From: Thermoplasmata archaeon
Lineage (GTDB): Archaea > Thermoplasmatota > Thermoplasmata > Thermoplasmatales > GCA-001856825
Length of the DNA stretch: 64,000 bases
Assembly: GCA_021792255.1 (NCBI GenBank)
Contig: JAJYUZ010000001.1
Span: 384,001 to 448,000 of the forward strand
Direction of reading: 5' to 3'
The notes beneath the pieces are model-generated. The model saw only the letters and a list, made by a program, of their open reading frames with translations, ran no database searches and had not been told where the DNA came from. Shown piece by piece: positions 1 through 10,388 of this stretch (within the stretch, counting starts at the first letter, position 1; each line of letters starts with the position of its first letter). Both the position numbers and the translations under genes were made by a program.

Positions 1-472
1 TCGCGGGAGCATTGATCGTCATTGAAGTCGAAACCCTGTCAAGTGGGATTCCCTTGAAGATTACCTCCATGTCTTTTAGAGATGAAACGTTGACCCCGCA
101 CTTTCCTACTTCTCCGTGTGCCCTTTCGGAGTTAGCATCGAGCCCGTAAAGGGTAGGCATGTCGAACGCGACGCTCAGTCCGGTCTCTCCCTGAGAAAGG
201 AGCAGTTTTAGTCTCCCATTCGTGTCTTCAGGAGTGCCGAATCCCGAGAACATCCTCATCGTCCACAACTTTCCCCTGTACATGTCCTTGTGAATTCCAC
301 GGGTGTACGGGTACTCCCCTGGGGAGGCTAGTTTCGAATCATAATTTTCCTTGAAATCTTTTGGGCCATAGAAGTCTTTTAGCTTAAATTCAGAACTGTT
401 GGTTCTCTCTACCGCAGAAGCATTTCCTATTTCTTGTCTATATGCCCACTTGCCTTTGTTTTTTTGAGGCAT
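1..472 (-). CDS. Methylmalonyl-CoA mutase, large/N-terminal subunit (runs off the window start)
   Basis: Not in the ORF track; hand translation gives MPQKNKGKW...[35 protein letters not shown]...[15 protein letters not shown]...GEVGKCGV...[10 protein letters not shown], typical MCM motifs; SD-like GAGGT upstream of the ATG at 472. Confidence 0.92.
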   Translation of the reverse strand, partial: MPQKNKGKWAYRQEIGNASAVERTNSSEFKLKDFYGPKDFKENYDSKLASPGEYPYTRGIHKDMYRGKLWTMRMFSGFGTPEDTNGRLKLLLSQGETGLSVAFDMPTLYGLDANSERAHGEVGKCGVNVSSLKDMEVIFKGIPLDRVSTSMTINAPA

Positions 473-581
473 CGATTACCTCATTAGTATTTATTAAAAA
501 ATTCTTTCCTCTTTTGTCCTAAACGGTATGTCAGATTGTCAGTTACGCAATAATTAATAATTCTCCTTCAATCAGTCGCAG

Positions 582-3236
582 ATGAGCTCAAAAATCAACA
601 TCGAAGGGAAGGAATTCGCCTATTTCCCTCTCAAGGACCTTGAAGCGAAGGGGTACAAAGTAGACAGTTTGCCGTACTCAACCAAAGTGCTTCTCGAAAA
701 TCTACTCAGAAAAATGGACGGAAGGGTCGTTAAGGAGGAGCATTTGATGAAGGTAATTGAAAGGAAAAGAGAAGAAATTCCGTTCTTTCCCTCCCGAGTC
801 ATACTTCAAGACTATACAGGAGTCCCCCTGATCGTCGACCTCATAGCGATGAGGAATGCAGCGTCAAAGATGGGAAAGGATCCCCAGAAGATCAATCCTG
901 TGATACCGGTTCAGCTTGTAGCGGACCATTCAGTCCAAGTCGATAAGTTCGGCACGAAGTACGCTATGCTGCAAAACCTATCTCTAGAATACAAGAGGAA
1001 TGGAGAAAGGTATGCTGCCCTGAAGTGGGCACAAAATAACTTCAGGAACCTCAAAATAGTTCCTCCGGGAAATGGAATAGTTCATCAGGTAAATGTAGAA
1101 TTTCTTTCTGAAGTGGTTGCCGAAAGAGAAGGAACGCTGGTCTTGGACACCCTCATAGGAACCGACTCCCATACAACCATGGTCAACGGCATATCCGTAC
1201 TGGGGTGGGGAGTTGGGGGACTGGAGGCTGAGGCGGTGATGGTCGGTGAGCCGTCCTACATTTTAGTTCCTGAAGTCGTCGGAGTTAAACTGAAGGGCCA
1301 ACCGAAGGAAGGCGTTACCGCTACCGACATCGTATTGTCGTTGACGGAATTCCTGAGAAAGGCAAACGTGGTAGGAAAATTCGTTGAATTTTACGGAGAT
1401 GGAATAAGATATCTGAGCACACAAGACAAGACTACGATATCAAACATGTCTCCAGAGTACGGTGCTACTGTGGGATATTTTCCGTACTCCAGGAACACTT
1501 CGAGGTACCTGTCTTTGACTGGAAGAAGCCCTGAACACATCAAGATTGTCGAGAGTTACCTAAGGGAGCAGGGACTATATTATGACGGAAAGAAGAAAGA
1601 CTACGATCAGTACTTGGATTTTGATCTTTCGAGTGTCGTGCCTTCAATTGCCGGTCCATCCAATCCGGAGGACAGAATTTCTCTTTCAAGTGTTCAGACT
1701 ATCAAAAAGATAATAGAAGACAACCTGTCGAAGAATCTTAACATCAAGGAGGAAAGAAGCTTCGTTTTAAAGGTCGCTGGGAAGGAGACACAACTCAAGG
1801 ATGGTAGCGTAGTAATTGCAGCCATAACGAGTTGTACTAACACATCCAATCCGGAAGTACTGATTGGAGCGGGTCTCATAGCAAAGAGGGCAGTGGAGTT
1901 GGGACTTTCGAGGAGACCATATGTGAAAACGAGTTTCGCTCCTGGGAGTCCCGTAGTGGAAGAATATCTAAAGAAGGCAAATCTTCAGCCTTACCTAGAC
2001 GCATTGGGATTCCACATCGTCGGATACGGATGTACTACGTGCATAGGAAATTCAGGACCACTGATCTCAGAAGTGGACGAAGCCATAAAACAAAACAAGA
2101 TTTACACGGTCGCCGTATTGAGCGGAAACAGAAATTTTGAAGGAAGAATAAACCCTTCCGTCTCTGGTGCTTTTTTGGCCTCACCAATGCTGGTGGTAGC
2201 GTATTCTATTGCGGGCAGAATTGATATCGATTTCACCAATGAATCACTAGCTATCGATCCAAACGGAAATCCCGTGTTCCTCAAAGATCTATGGCCAGAA
2301 GACGATTTGATAAAGCAATACGAGGATGAATTTCTTAGCAAGAAACACTATGCAGAGAGGAAGGAAAAAATATTTGAAGGGGTCGAAGAATGGAAAAATC
2401 TTGAGATCCCTGCGGGTGCGGAGTACGCCTTCGACACAAATTCGACTTACGTGAGAGAGCCGCCGTGGTTTAACGTCTCGTCTACGCTTGTTCCAATAAA
2501 TAATGCAAGAATCCTCGCCATTTTCGGAGACAGAATCACGACCGACCACATTTCTCCAGCCGGAAGCATAGTCCAAGACATGGAAAAGTACAGGAAGATG
2601 TGGGAAGACCTCCAGAGAGGAGACACCTCCTCACTGAACCATGCGGAATCACCTGCTGCCAGATACCTGATGACAAATGGGGTATCCCCAGACGATTTTA
2701 ACTCGTTTGGCGCAAGAAGAGGAAACCATGAGGTCATGATGCGAGGAGGTTTTTCAAATCCCAAAATAAAAAATAAGATGATCGAGAGTGCTGGAGGATT
2801 CACGATCCATTATCCTGGAGGAGAGAAGATGTCTTTCTTCGATGCAGCAGAGCTCTACAAGAAGGAGAGCGTTCCTCTGGTTATTTTTGCAGGAAAGATG
2901 TATGGAGTAGGAAGCAGCAGAGACTGGGCAGCGAAAGCAACATATCTCCTGAACGTAAAAGCAGTCGTAGCTGAAAGTTTCGAGAGAATTCACCGCTCTA
3001 ATCTTACCAACATGGGTGTCATTCCGATCGAAGCAGACACGTCCCAGCTGACCCTAAAGGGAAATGAAACCATTTCCGTGGATCTCAGCAGCGTGAAGGA
3101 AGGAGGCAGCGTCACGATACTTATCAAAGGGGAAGGAGAAAAGACAGTGATCGGAAAAGTCAGGTTGGATACTGAGGCTGAAATCGAGTACTGTAAGAAC
3201 GGAAACATACTCAATTACACACTCTCGAAAATTTAA
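582..3236 (+). CDS. acnA: Aconitate hydratase (AcnA type)
   Basis: QDYTGVP, DHSVQVD, DSHTTM, TSCTNTSN, GYGCTTCIGNSG, TTDHISPAG and GSSRDWAAK motifs. Confidence 0.96.
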   Translation: MSSKINIEGKEFAYFPLKDLEAKGYKVDSLPYSTKVLLENLLRKMDGRVVKEEHLMKVIERKREEIPFFPSRVILQDYTGVPLIVDLIAMRNAASKMGKDPQKINPVIPVQLVADHSVQVDKFGTKYAMLQNLSLEYKRNGERYAALKWAQNNFRNLKIVPPGNGIVHQVNVEFLSEVVAEREGTLVLDTLIGTDSHTTMVNGISVLGWGVGGLEAEAVMVGEPSYILVPEVVGVKLKGQPKEGVTATDIVLSLTEFLRKANVVGKFVEFYGDGIRYLSTQDKTTISNMSPEYGATVGYFPYSRNTSRYLSLTGRSPEHIKIVESYLREQGLYYDGKKKDYDQYLDFDLSSVVPSIAGPSNPEDRISLSSVQTIKKIIEDNLSKNLNIKEERSFVLKVAGKETQLKDGSVVIAAITSCTNTSNPEVLIGAGLIAKRAVELGLSRRPYVKTSFAPGSPVVEEYLKKANLQPYLDALGFHIVGYGCTTCIGNSGPLISEVDEAIKQNKIYTVAVLSGNRNFEGRINPSVSGAFLASPMLVVAYSIAGRIDIDFTNESLAIDPNGNPVFLKDLWPEDDLIKQYEDEFLSKKHYAERKEKIFEGVEEWKNLEIPAGAEYAFDTNSTYVREPPWFNVSSTLVPINNARILAIFGDRITTDHISPAGSIVQDMEKYRKMWEDLQRGDTSSLNHAESPAARYLMTNGVSPDDFNSFGARRGNHEVMMRGGFSNPKIKNKMIESAGGFTIHYPGGEKMSFFDAAELYKKESVPLVIFAGKMYGVGSSRDWAAKATYLLNVKAVVAESFERIHRSNLTNMGVIPIEADTSQLTLKGNETISVDLSSVKEGGSVTILIKGEGEKTVIGKVRLDTEAEIEYCKNGNILNYTLSKI

Positions 3237-3445
3237 GAATCGAGCTTCTAGTAGTAGAGTAGATAAGAGTTTCGACTCTGACCTTCATTTCGGTCGCAGT
3301 GATTGAGCTGACAGTATTTCCACCGCTGTCATCTTTTTCATCATTGGAATGCTGCTAGGAGAAGAGATTCACATTTTAAGTACCAGGAAACGAAATTTAC
3401 AATAGGATAACGATACCGCAGTGGACTTGCCGATGGAAATTGAAG

Positions 3446-4243
3446 CTATCTCAGTCCATAAAAATCGTTATAAAAGTCCATCGAATGCTCTATCTTTTCC
3501 TTGTCAATGCCTTCTTGGATAAGCATTGCCACTCTCTTTGGGACTGAATCCGGTGGTAGGACAAAATTGGGGTTGCTTTCGTCTCCCGCAAAATCGGTCT
3601 CGAAGAAGAATCCAGCTTTTCCCCAGGGAGCCATTCTCACATTTTTTCTACCGGCAGGAACTGAAGGTATTATATCACAATTTTCAGAGAATATGGGTGC
3701 ACTAAAGTGCTTCACGACGAGAGAGTTTTTTCCGTTCTTTTTTGCCATTCTCATAATATCGCACATACCGTTTGAATCGAGTGATTCCGTGTGAAGTATG
3801 ACGGGGATGTCCTTTCCAGCTGTGCACTGGAATATGTACTCCATTATAATGTTACTTTCCACTATTATTTCGTTGGCAGTCTCAAAATGAGGTCTTCCGA
3901 CTTCACCAATCGCGTCCGCCTTTCCGTCTTCTATCAAGCTTATTGCCAGATCTATTGATTTCCTGTAGACTTCAACCGCCTTCTCTCGCCCAAACCTCTC
4001 TCTCATTTCGATATAATTTACTGGATAGGGTCCGATAGTGACCACTACCTCCAAGCCCTCTTGTCTCAGTCCTCTAGATATTGAAATCGTTTCGTCGTAT
4101 TTTTCTGCAAATTCTTCGAACGAACGGCAGTTCTCGGTCAAATTGACCAAATTAATGGAAGTTCCTCCCGCTTTTTTGAAAGTTTTTAAAAAGAAGTCCT
4201 TTGATAAAGGATTCAAGTGAACGTGGTTGTCAAATATGCTCAC
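3446..4243 (-). CDS. TatD-related metal-dependent hydrolase, archaeal type
   Basis: DNHVH, GEVGRPHF, LHTE, KHF and ETD motifs. Confidence 0.82.
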   Translation of the reverse strand: MSIFDNHVHLNPLSKDFFLKTFKKAGGTSINLVNLTENCRSFEEFAEKYDETISISRGLRQEGLEVVVTIGPYPVNYIEMRERFGREKAVEVYRKSIDLAISLIEDGKADAIGEVGRPHFETANEIIVESNIIMEYIFQCTAGKDIPVILHTESLDSNGMCDIMRMAKKNGKNSLVVKHFSAPIFSENCDIIPSVPAGRKNVRMAPWGKAGFFFETDFAGDESNPNFVLPPDSVPKRVAMLIQEGIDKEKIEHSMDFYNDFYGLR

Positions 4244-4376
4244 TCTCGTAAATTGAGTAACTGTTTAAAATTGTATCTAAGAAAGCTCACTGATAAGATC
4301 TGAAAAGCGTTTACAATTTTGTGATCAAGATCCGACTCTCTGCAAGCTTGATATAATCGATAGGCATACGCTATAA

Positions 4377-7300
4377 ATGCTTGAGAGTAGGTTTGGTACT
4401 CTCGGAAATTTCATTAAAAAAAGATACAAAATCATAATCGTAATTTGGATCGTTGCCCTTGTGGCACTCCTTCCTTTTACCGCGCAATCCACTAGCGTCA
4501 CCAATTATAACGTAGAGTTTGGTGGTTCAAGCAAACAATCAATGTCCAACGAAGCTCAGTCGTTGATGAACAGTCAGTTCAACAGCTCGAACAATAGTTC
4601 TTCGAATGGTACCGTTGTGGTCCTGTACATAGACTCTCCATTCTACTCCAGCACATCTTATAGCATATGGAATTCTCTTAACTCTTCGTACAAGAATGAA
4701 CTCAGCAGCATTGGCGTGACCGGTATAATATCTCCGTACACAGTGGCCAATACTGTCGTAAATTCAGTCTCTAATTCCACCCTTACCATCACAATAATAT
4801 CCTCAAAGCCTCAAACGGAACTATCTCTGGCTACGACACCTTTAACAGTTCAGTCTTGAGTGTTAAGAATTTCACCTTCCAGCTAAAAACCATAGACATC
4901 TATTACAACTCGACTTATCAGAACGTATCGTTCGCGGTACAGAGCTACTCAAGCATTCTTACAAGCTATAAAAGTTTGATAAGTGGCGTCGCCAATCTGA
5001 CGTATGGTATTCCCATCGGATACTTCAACGTTTACGAACAAATTCCCTCGTCACTTTCTGTCCCTCAAAGAGACGTTGCTGCTAAGAATCAATTTCTCAA
5101 TGTGACAGGCAATCTTAGCAACAACCGGACTTCACAAAAATACTTCAATTCATTTTATACATCTTGGAACAATTCCGCCTACTTCAACTCCACAAATTCT
5201 ACTTATCTAAGACTGAACTTATCAATCGATCAAGCGTTCAGTCAGTTCAATGCTACCCTGAATCAGACTCAAAGACAGCTGTTTGATACTATTTTTTCCG
5301 GTTTTAACGTTACCTCTTACTCCAACAGTTCGACAAGGGAAAGTACGACACTTCAACTCGATTATGCACTGACGGCTCCCTATGGTGCGGGGGAGATGCA
5401 GATATTCAATGCGACTTATCAGAATTTTGTGATGAACGGGAATGGTACCCTGCTATCGGAAAATTTGACAGGATCGCTTCTGAATTCGAGGGATCCACAG
5501 ATCTCTGAATTTACGACTGCCAGCTTCAATATGACCCCTGAGGAATTTTCCGGATATTTTGTTTCATTGAAATCTATCAATAATTCGTTCGTTGAAATGC
5601 AGATCAACCGATCTCTTCTTTCATCCTCCGTAACGGAGCTCTACCAGTCCATCAATATTCCGGGTTCAGTTTTCTTTTCAGATCTATTTAACAACAATAC
5701 TATTGCATTCAGACAGTATTTTATTAATTTCACTGCATCAAGCATTGATGCGCTTGCGACCCCTCTGGATCAGAACTCTTCCCAGATGGTCTCCCGATTC
5801 CTTTCTACCGGTTCCAAAAACTCCTCCCTCTATTACTCCACTAATTTCCTCAACGATCACTTCGCCGGATACCCCTATTTTTCTTTCACAAATGCTCCTA
5901 AATTTGTCAACATGTCCATCTCTTCGAAGGGAAATGTATCTTCCATTGTCAATGGAGACTATAACGAGTCTGGAATATCTCTAAGCCCTTCCCTATTCCA
6001 ATCCCTAGTTCCGTCAGATTTTTCCGGTTACATAGTAGTGTTGCAGTTCTCCGAGTCGAGCCTGAATGGCACTCAACTGGAGACGCTGAATTCATATATT
6101 GCGAGCGTTCAGAAGAACGTCGATCCCGTGAAAATATATTTCACCAGCGGGGACGAGATCTCTCATGGAATAGAAAGCACAGCATATTCGGGACTAATGT
6201 ATTCTCTGATAATTGGTATAATAGTTTCCATATTCATAGTAGGAATTTACTTCCGATCTGTGCTACTTGCCTTCGTCCCATTGATGTTCTTCGGCGTAAG
6301 TTTCAGCATCACCCTGGGTTTGGTCTACCTAATATTTGGAGTCATAGAAAAGAGCTCTCTGTCATTCATAATTACAACACTGAGTTCCATACTGATTCTG
6401 GGTCTGAGCACAGATTACTCGGTCTACATGCTAAACAGATACATGAAAGAGAGTTCGGAAGACAAGCTCGGGACGACTGTGAAATGGGCAGGGCATGCAG
6501 TGTTCACCTCTGGAGTCACCGTCATAATATCATACATAGTTCTCGCTCTTTTCAACATACCGATCATTGGAGACGGAGGTTTTGTAAACGCTATGGGCAT
6601 CGCTGTTTCACTCGGAGTCGCGTTGACTTTACTTCCGTCGTTTATGGTCCTGTTCAAGAAGAGAATAAAGCCGAAGAAGAGGGTCGTGAATTTTGAGAAA
6701 GTAGCAAACATTAGTAGGAGACACAAGAAGGTCCTGGTAGTTATCCTTGCACTAATTTTTGTTTCGACCATCGTTGTCTACGAAACTACTCCTACTTCCT
6801 TTGATCTCTTCTCACTCATCCCAAACAATGCAGGCAAGACGGGTTACTATGAAATGACTGCGGCATTTGGCGGCGACAGCCTTTCTCCTAACTACGTGCT
6901 CTTGACGTTTCCAAACCAGATATATTCTGGCGGTCATTTCAACGAAGCTGACATAGGTATACTGAACAATGTCTCATCCGCACTGCTCAGGTACTCTGAA
7001 GTTTCTATGATAGGAACGGTGACTTATCCATTCGGCAAATTGGTCAACGTTTCGAACATCAGTGGTAGCACACTGTCCGTCAGCACCATCTTAAATCAAT
7101 CTCTATCGTACGTTGGAAAGGATGGACATACTGTCTTGATAAACGTCACTACAAAGTCAGTCTCTTATACCCAAAACGGAATAAACGAGATAGCCCACAT
7201 AGACGCCCTAATGAAACAGGTAGTCCCATCTGGAGTTACGTACCTGGTCGGAGGATCTGCCCAGGGGCTCCTGGACAGCTCGAACAGCATCGATCTCTCG

Positions 7301-7825
7301 ACATACAGAATCGTAGAAATACTCTCCATCATAGTATTCTTTGTCCTTGCGTTCCAGCTGACATCCCTCTTCACCCCGCTGCGACTCCTTTTCAACGTAG
7401 GAACATCAGCACTCCTCGCAGTATCCCTGTTCTACATAGTCTTCCATTACATCATGAACCTCCCGATCATCGTATTCGGGCCACTGTTCGTCATAGTAAC
7501 GCTATTCGGAGTAGGACTCGACTATGATATCTTCTTGGTAACGAGAACCAGAGAAGCTGTGATGAAAGGGAAGAACGACGAAGAAGCCATCGCGGAAGCA
7601 ATAAAAGAAAATGCGAGCGTAGTGCTTGTCTTGGGATTCATACTTTCAGGAGTGTTTGGGTCACTGATTTTTAGCCCAATAGGGATAATTAGTGAGATAG
7701 GGTTTTCAGTCACCATAGGTGTGCTGATAGACACCATTGTGTCTTGGCTTTTCCTGATACCTGCACTAATGCTGGTCCTCAAGAAATACAACTGGTGGCC
7801 TTCTCACATAAGACGAGACCAATAA
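4377..7825 (+). pseudogene. MMPL/RND-family membrane transporter split by one frameshift between 4775 and 4856 (true lesion, recoding or sequencing error)
   Basis: ORF 4377-4859 has the MMPL N-terminal TM; ORF 4856-7825 has a large Asn/Ser-rich loop and two TM modules with GLSTDY and GVGLDYD motifs, ending NWWP; the downstream frame is open from 4775. Confidence 0.8.
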
Positions 7826-7906
7826 AATTTGAATCAAATTCTGTCGGCCTGGAACTGCAACTTGACTGAGCCAAAAGTATTTTAGGTAATGGGACATAAT
7901 TTGCAC

Positions 7907-8242
7907 ATGACTTCTATAGATTTGTTGAAAGATGTGGTAAAATCTCTGGATGGACTGCCTGATCTAAAGAAGGAAATAGTTTCAATCAACAAGACTTTTC
8001 AATTCAACGTCTCTGACGGTAGCCCGTTTTATGTCCACGCGGGCGATGGTGAGGTGGCGGTCAATGAGGGGACAAAAACGCCATCCGCAGCGACCATAAT
8101 AGCTTCTGAACAAGTTCTTACAGACCTTTTCACCGGAAAGCTCGATGGAGTCCAGGCTTTTATGCAAGGCAAACTCAAAATTAGCGGAGATATTTTCTCA
8201 GTCCAAAAACTGTCTTCTAGTATTCTTAAAGCTAGGAAGTGA
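7907..8242 (+). CDS. SCP2 sterol/lipid-binding domain protein
   Basis: LFTGKLDGVQAFMQGKLKISGD SCP2 signature; ATG 7907 preferred over 7889 (TATA-like element about 25 nt upstream). Confidence 0.88.
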   Translation: MTSIDLLKDVVKSLDGLPDLKKEIVSINKTFQFNVSDGSPFYVHAGDGEVAVNEGTKTPSAATIIASEQVLTDLFTGKLDGVQAFMQGKLKISGDIFSVQKLSSSILKARK

Positions 8243-8246
8243 AAAA

Positions 8247-10238
8247 TTGAGAGTCACGGTCATCGGTTCGGGAGAGATGGGTAGAGGGATTGCTTTGGTT
8301 TTTGCTCAGTACGGAAATGATGTGATTTTGGAAGACTCAATACCAGCCGCATTGGAAAGAGGATCCAAGTACATTAAGGAAAACCTCGAGAAGATGGTAG
8401 AAAAGAGCATAATCAAGCAGGAAGAGAAGGAGAAGATACTGGGAAAGATAGCATATTCCTCGAACTTTGAAGATAGTGCCAAGAGTGCCGATCTTGTGGT
8501 TGAGGCAGTTCCAGAAGTTGTGGAGCTCAAACAAGAGATATTTTCAAAACTGGACAAGATATGCAAACCAGACTCGATTCTTGCAACCAACACATCTAAC
8601 ATCAAGATATCCGAAATCACCAAGAATCTGTCCAGAAAGGAGAGAGTGCTTGGAATGCACTTTTTCAATCCTGCGAACAGGATGAAGCTCGTGGAGATCA
8701 TAAGATCCGAAGCTACGAGCGATGCAAATTTCGAAAAGGCGGTCAAGATAGGCGAAAGCATTGGGAAAGTCCCAGTAAGGGTTCTTAAGGATTCTCCGGG
8801 ATTCATCGTGAACAGAATAAACGCGCCCGACATGCTGTTCTTCTGTTCGGTGATAGACAAAGGAATAGAAAAACCGGAGGAACTGGACTCATATGCAAAG
8901 GGCCAAGGTTTACCAATGGGTCCCTACGAACTGATGGACTTTGTGGGCCTTGATACCGTGGTGCACTCCCTTGATTATTACGCGGTCACAATATCCCCCG
9001 AATACAACAAGTGTACGTCTCTTCGTACCCTGGTGAAGGAAGGCAAGCTGGGAAAGAAGTCTGGAAAAGGTTTCTACGACTGGTCGTCCGGAAAGGCGTC
9101 CATTCCGAAGACAGAACCGTCCGAAAAGGTCACGATAATGGACATTTTTGCTATCGAAATTAACGAGGCGGTAAAGCTCATTGAGGAGGAAGTGGCACTT
9201 CCAGACGAAATTGAGAATGCAGTTAAGCTTGGTCTGAACAGACCATTCGGCCCCATTTCGGTCGCAAAGAGTATGACCAATGCAGAAGTAAAGAAGATGC
9301 TTGAAAAATTGAGCGAGTCTTACAACATTGAAGTCTTCAAACCTGCTGCATCCATTGTGAATGGTAAGTTAAAGGAAGTACTTTCAACCAAGGCATTTGC
9401 TCTGAAGGAAGGAGCCAAACCCATTGCCAGAACTGATGAAAAGAAGGAAAAAATAGAGACAAGTTATTCCACGCTGATAGTCGAAAAGAGGGACAAGCAC
9501 GTCGCAAGAATTCTGCTCAACAGACCTAGACACAACCTCATCAACTCTGACCTACTGAATGATCTGGAAAACGCCATCAAGGAGGTATGGAGTGACAACG
9601 AAATTCGAGTGTTGTTAATCACAGGGAAAGGCGAAACCTTTTCGGCTGGTGCAGAACTTTCACAATTCATACCAGGAGCGTTTGATTTTGTCGAATATTC
9701 TAGGAAGGGAGAAAGAATATTCAAGCTGCTTCAGGAAATTCCTAAGGTCGTGATAGCGGAGATCAAGGGATATGCCCTGGGTGGTGGTTTTGAAATGTCG
9801 CTCTCTGCGGACATACGTGTATCCACACCGGATGCACAGATGGGACTGCCGGAGGTTACGTTAGGCCTAATACCTGCGTGGTCCGGGAGCCAAAGACTGG
9901 CCAGACTGATCGGAAATTCAAGGGCACAGTACATGATACTTACGGGCAAGAGAATAACAGGTGAAGAAGCCAAAAACTTTGGGATCGTCTCGGAAATATT
10001 CCCGAAGGAGAGCATCGACGAAGGCGCGTTGGAAATGGCGGAAACGATTTCAATGAGCACCTCTCCAATAGCAGCCAGTCTTGCAAAGAGACTCATCAAT
10101 AGGGGAGCAGATGTGGCTTATGATTCTGGACTGGAGATGGAGGCTATGGCCGCAGGTATACTGTACGGAACTGAGGATATGAAAGAAGGCATCTCTGCCC
10201 TTCTTCAGAAGAGGAAACCGAGTTACCAGGGAAAGTGA
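8247..10238 (+). CDS. 3-hydroxyacyl-CoA dehydrogenase / enoyl-CoA hydratase fusion
   Basis: GSGEMG Rossmann motif, EAVPE, GMHFFNP, PGFIVNR; C-terminal crotonase (ALGGGFE, GLPEVTLG); likely TTG start at 8247 rather than 8145. Confidence 0.93.
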   Translation: MRVTVIGSGEMGRGIALVFAQYGNDVILEDSIPAALERGSKYIKENLEKMVEKSIIKQEEKEKILGKIAYSSNFEDSAKSADLVVEAVPEVVELKQEIFSKLDKICKPDSILATNTSNIKISEITKNLSRKERVLGMHFFNPANRMKLVEIIRSEATSDANFEKAVKIGESIGKVPVRVLKDSPGFIVNRINAPDMLFFCSVIDKGIEKPEELDSYAKGQGLPMGPYELMDFVGLDTVVHSLDYYAVTISPEYNKCTSLRTLVKEGKLGKKSGKGFYDWSSGKASIPKTEPSEKVTIMDIFAIEINEAVKLIEEEVALPDEIENAVKLGLNRPFGPISVAKSMTNAEVKKMLEKLSESYNIEVFKPAASIVNGKLKEVLSTKAFALKEGAKPIARTDEKKEKIETSYSTLIVEKRDKHVARILLNRPRHNLINSDLLNDLENAIKEVWSDNEIRVLLITGKGETFSAGAELSQFIPGAFDFVEYSRKGERIFKLLQEIPKVVIAEIKGYALGGGFEMSLSADIRVSTPDAQMGLPEVTLGLIPAWSGSQRLARLIGNSRAQYMILTGKRITGEEAKNFGIVSEIFPKESIDEGALEMAETISMSTSPIAASLAKRLINRGADVAYDSGLEMEAMAAGILYGTEDMKEGISALLQKRKPSYQGK

Positions 10239-10388
10239 AATATATCCTCAAACGACCAGCGGTGAATTCCATTCTATAACGAATAGTGGATATAATGTCT
10301 AGACTGCGTCTGCTCTGAGTCTTCAAAACGAGTACTCTAACGATAGAAGAAAGATAATATATATTATATGCCAATATAGAAGCGAATT

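Noticed and set aside
3237-3445. About 40-codon minus-strand ORF between acnA and the TatD-like gene
   Set aside because: Short, no motif, overlaps the acnA 3' end; probably chance
4856-6150. Asn/Ser/Thr-rich region as a tandem repeat
   Set aside because: No nucleotide periodicity; it is the usual sequon-rich extracellular composition of acidophilic archaeal proteins
8145-8246. N-terminal extension of the HAD/ECH fusion (likewise 15484-15534 for the ACAD)
   Set aside because: Overlaps the upstream gene; better starts follow the upstream stop codons
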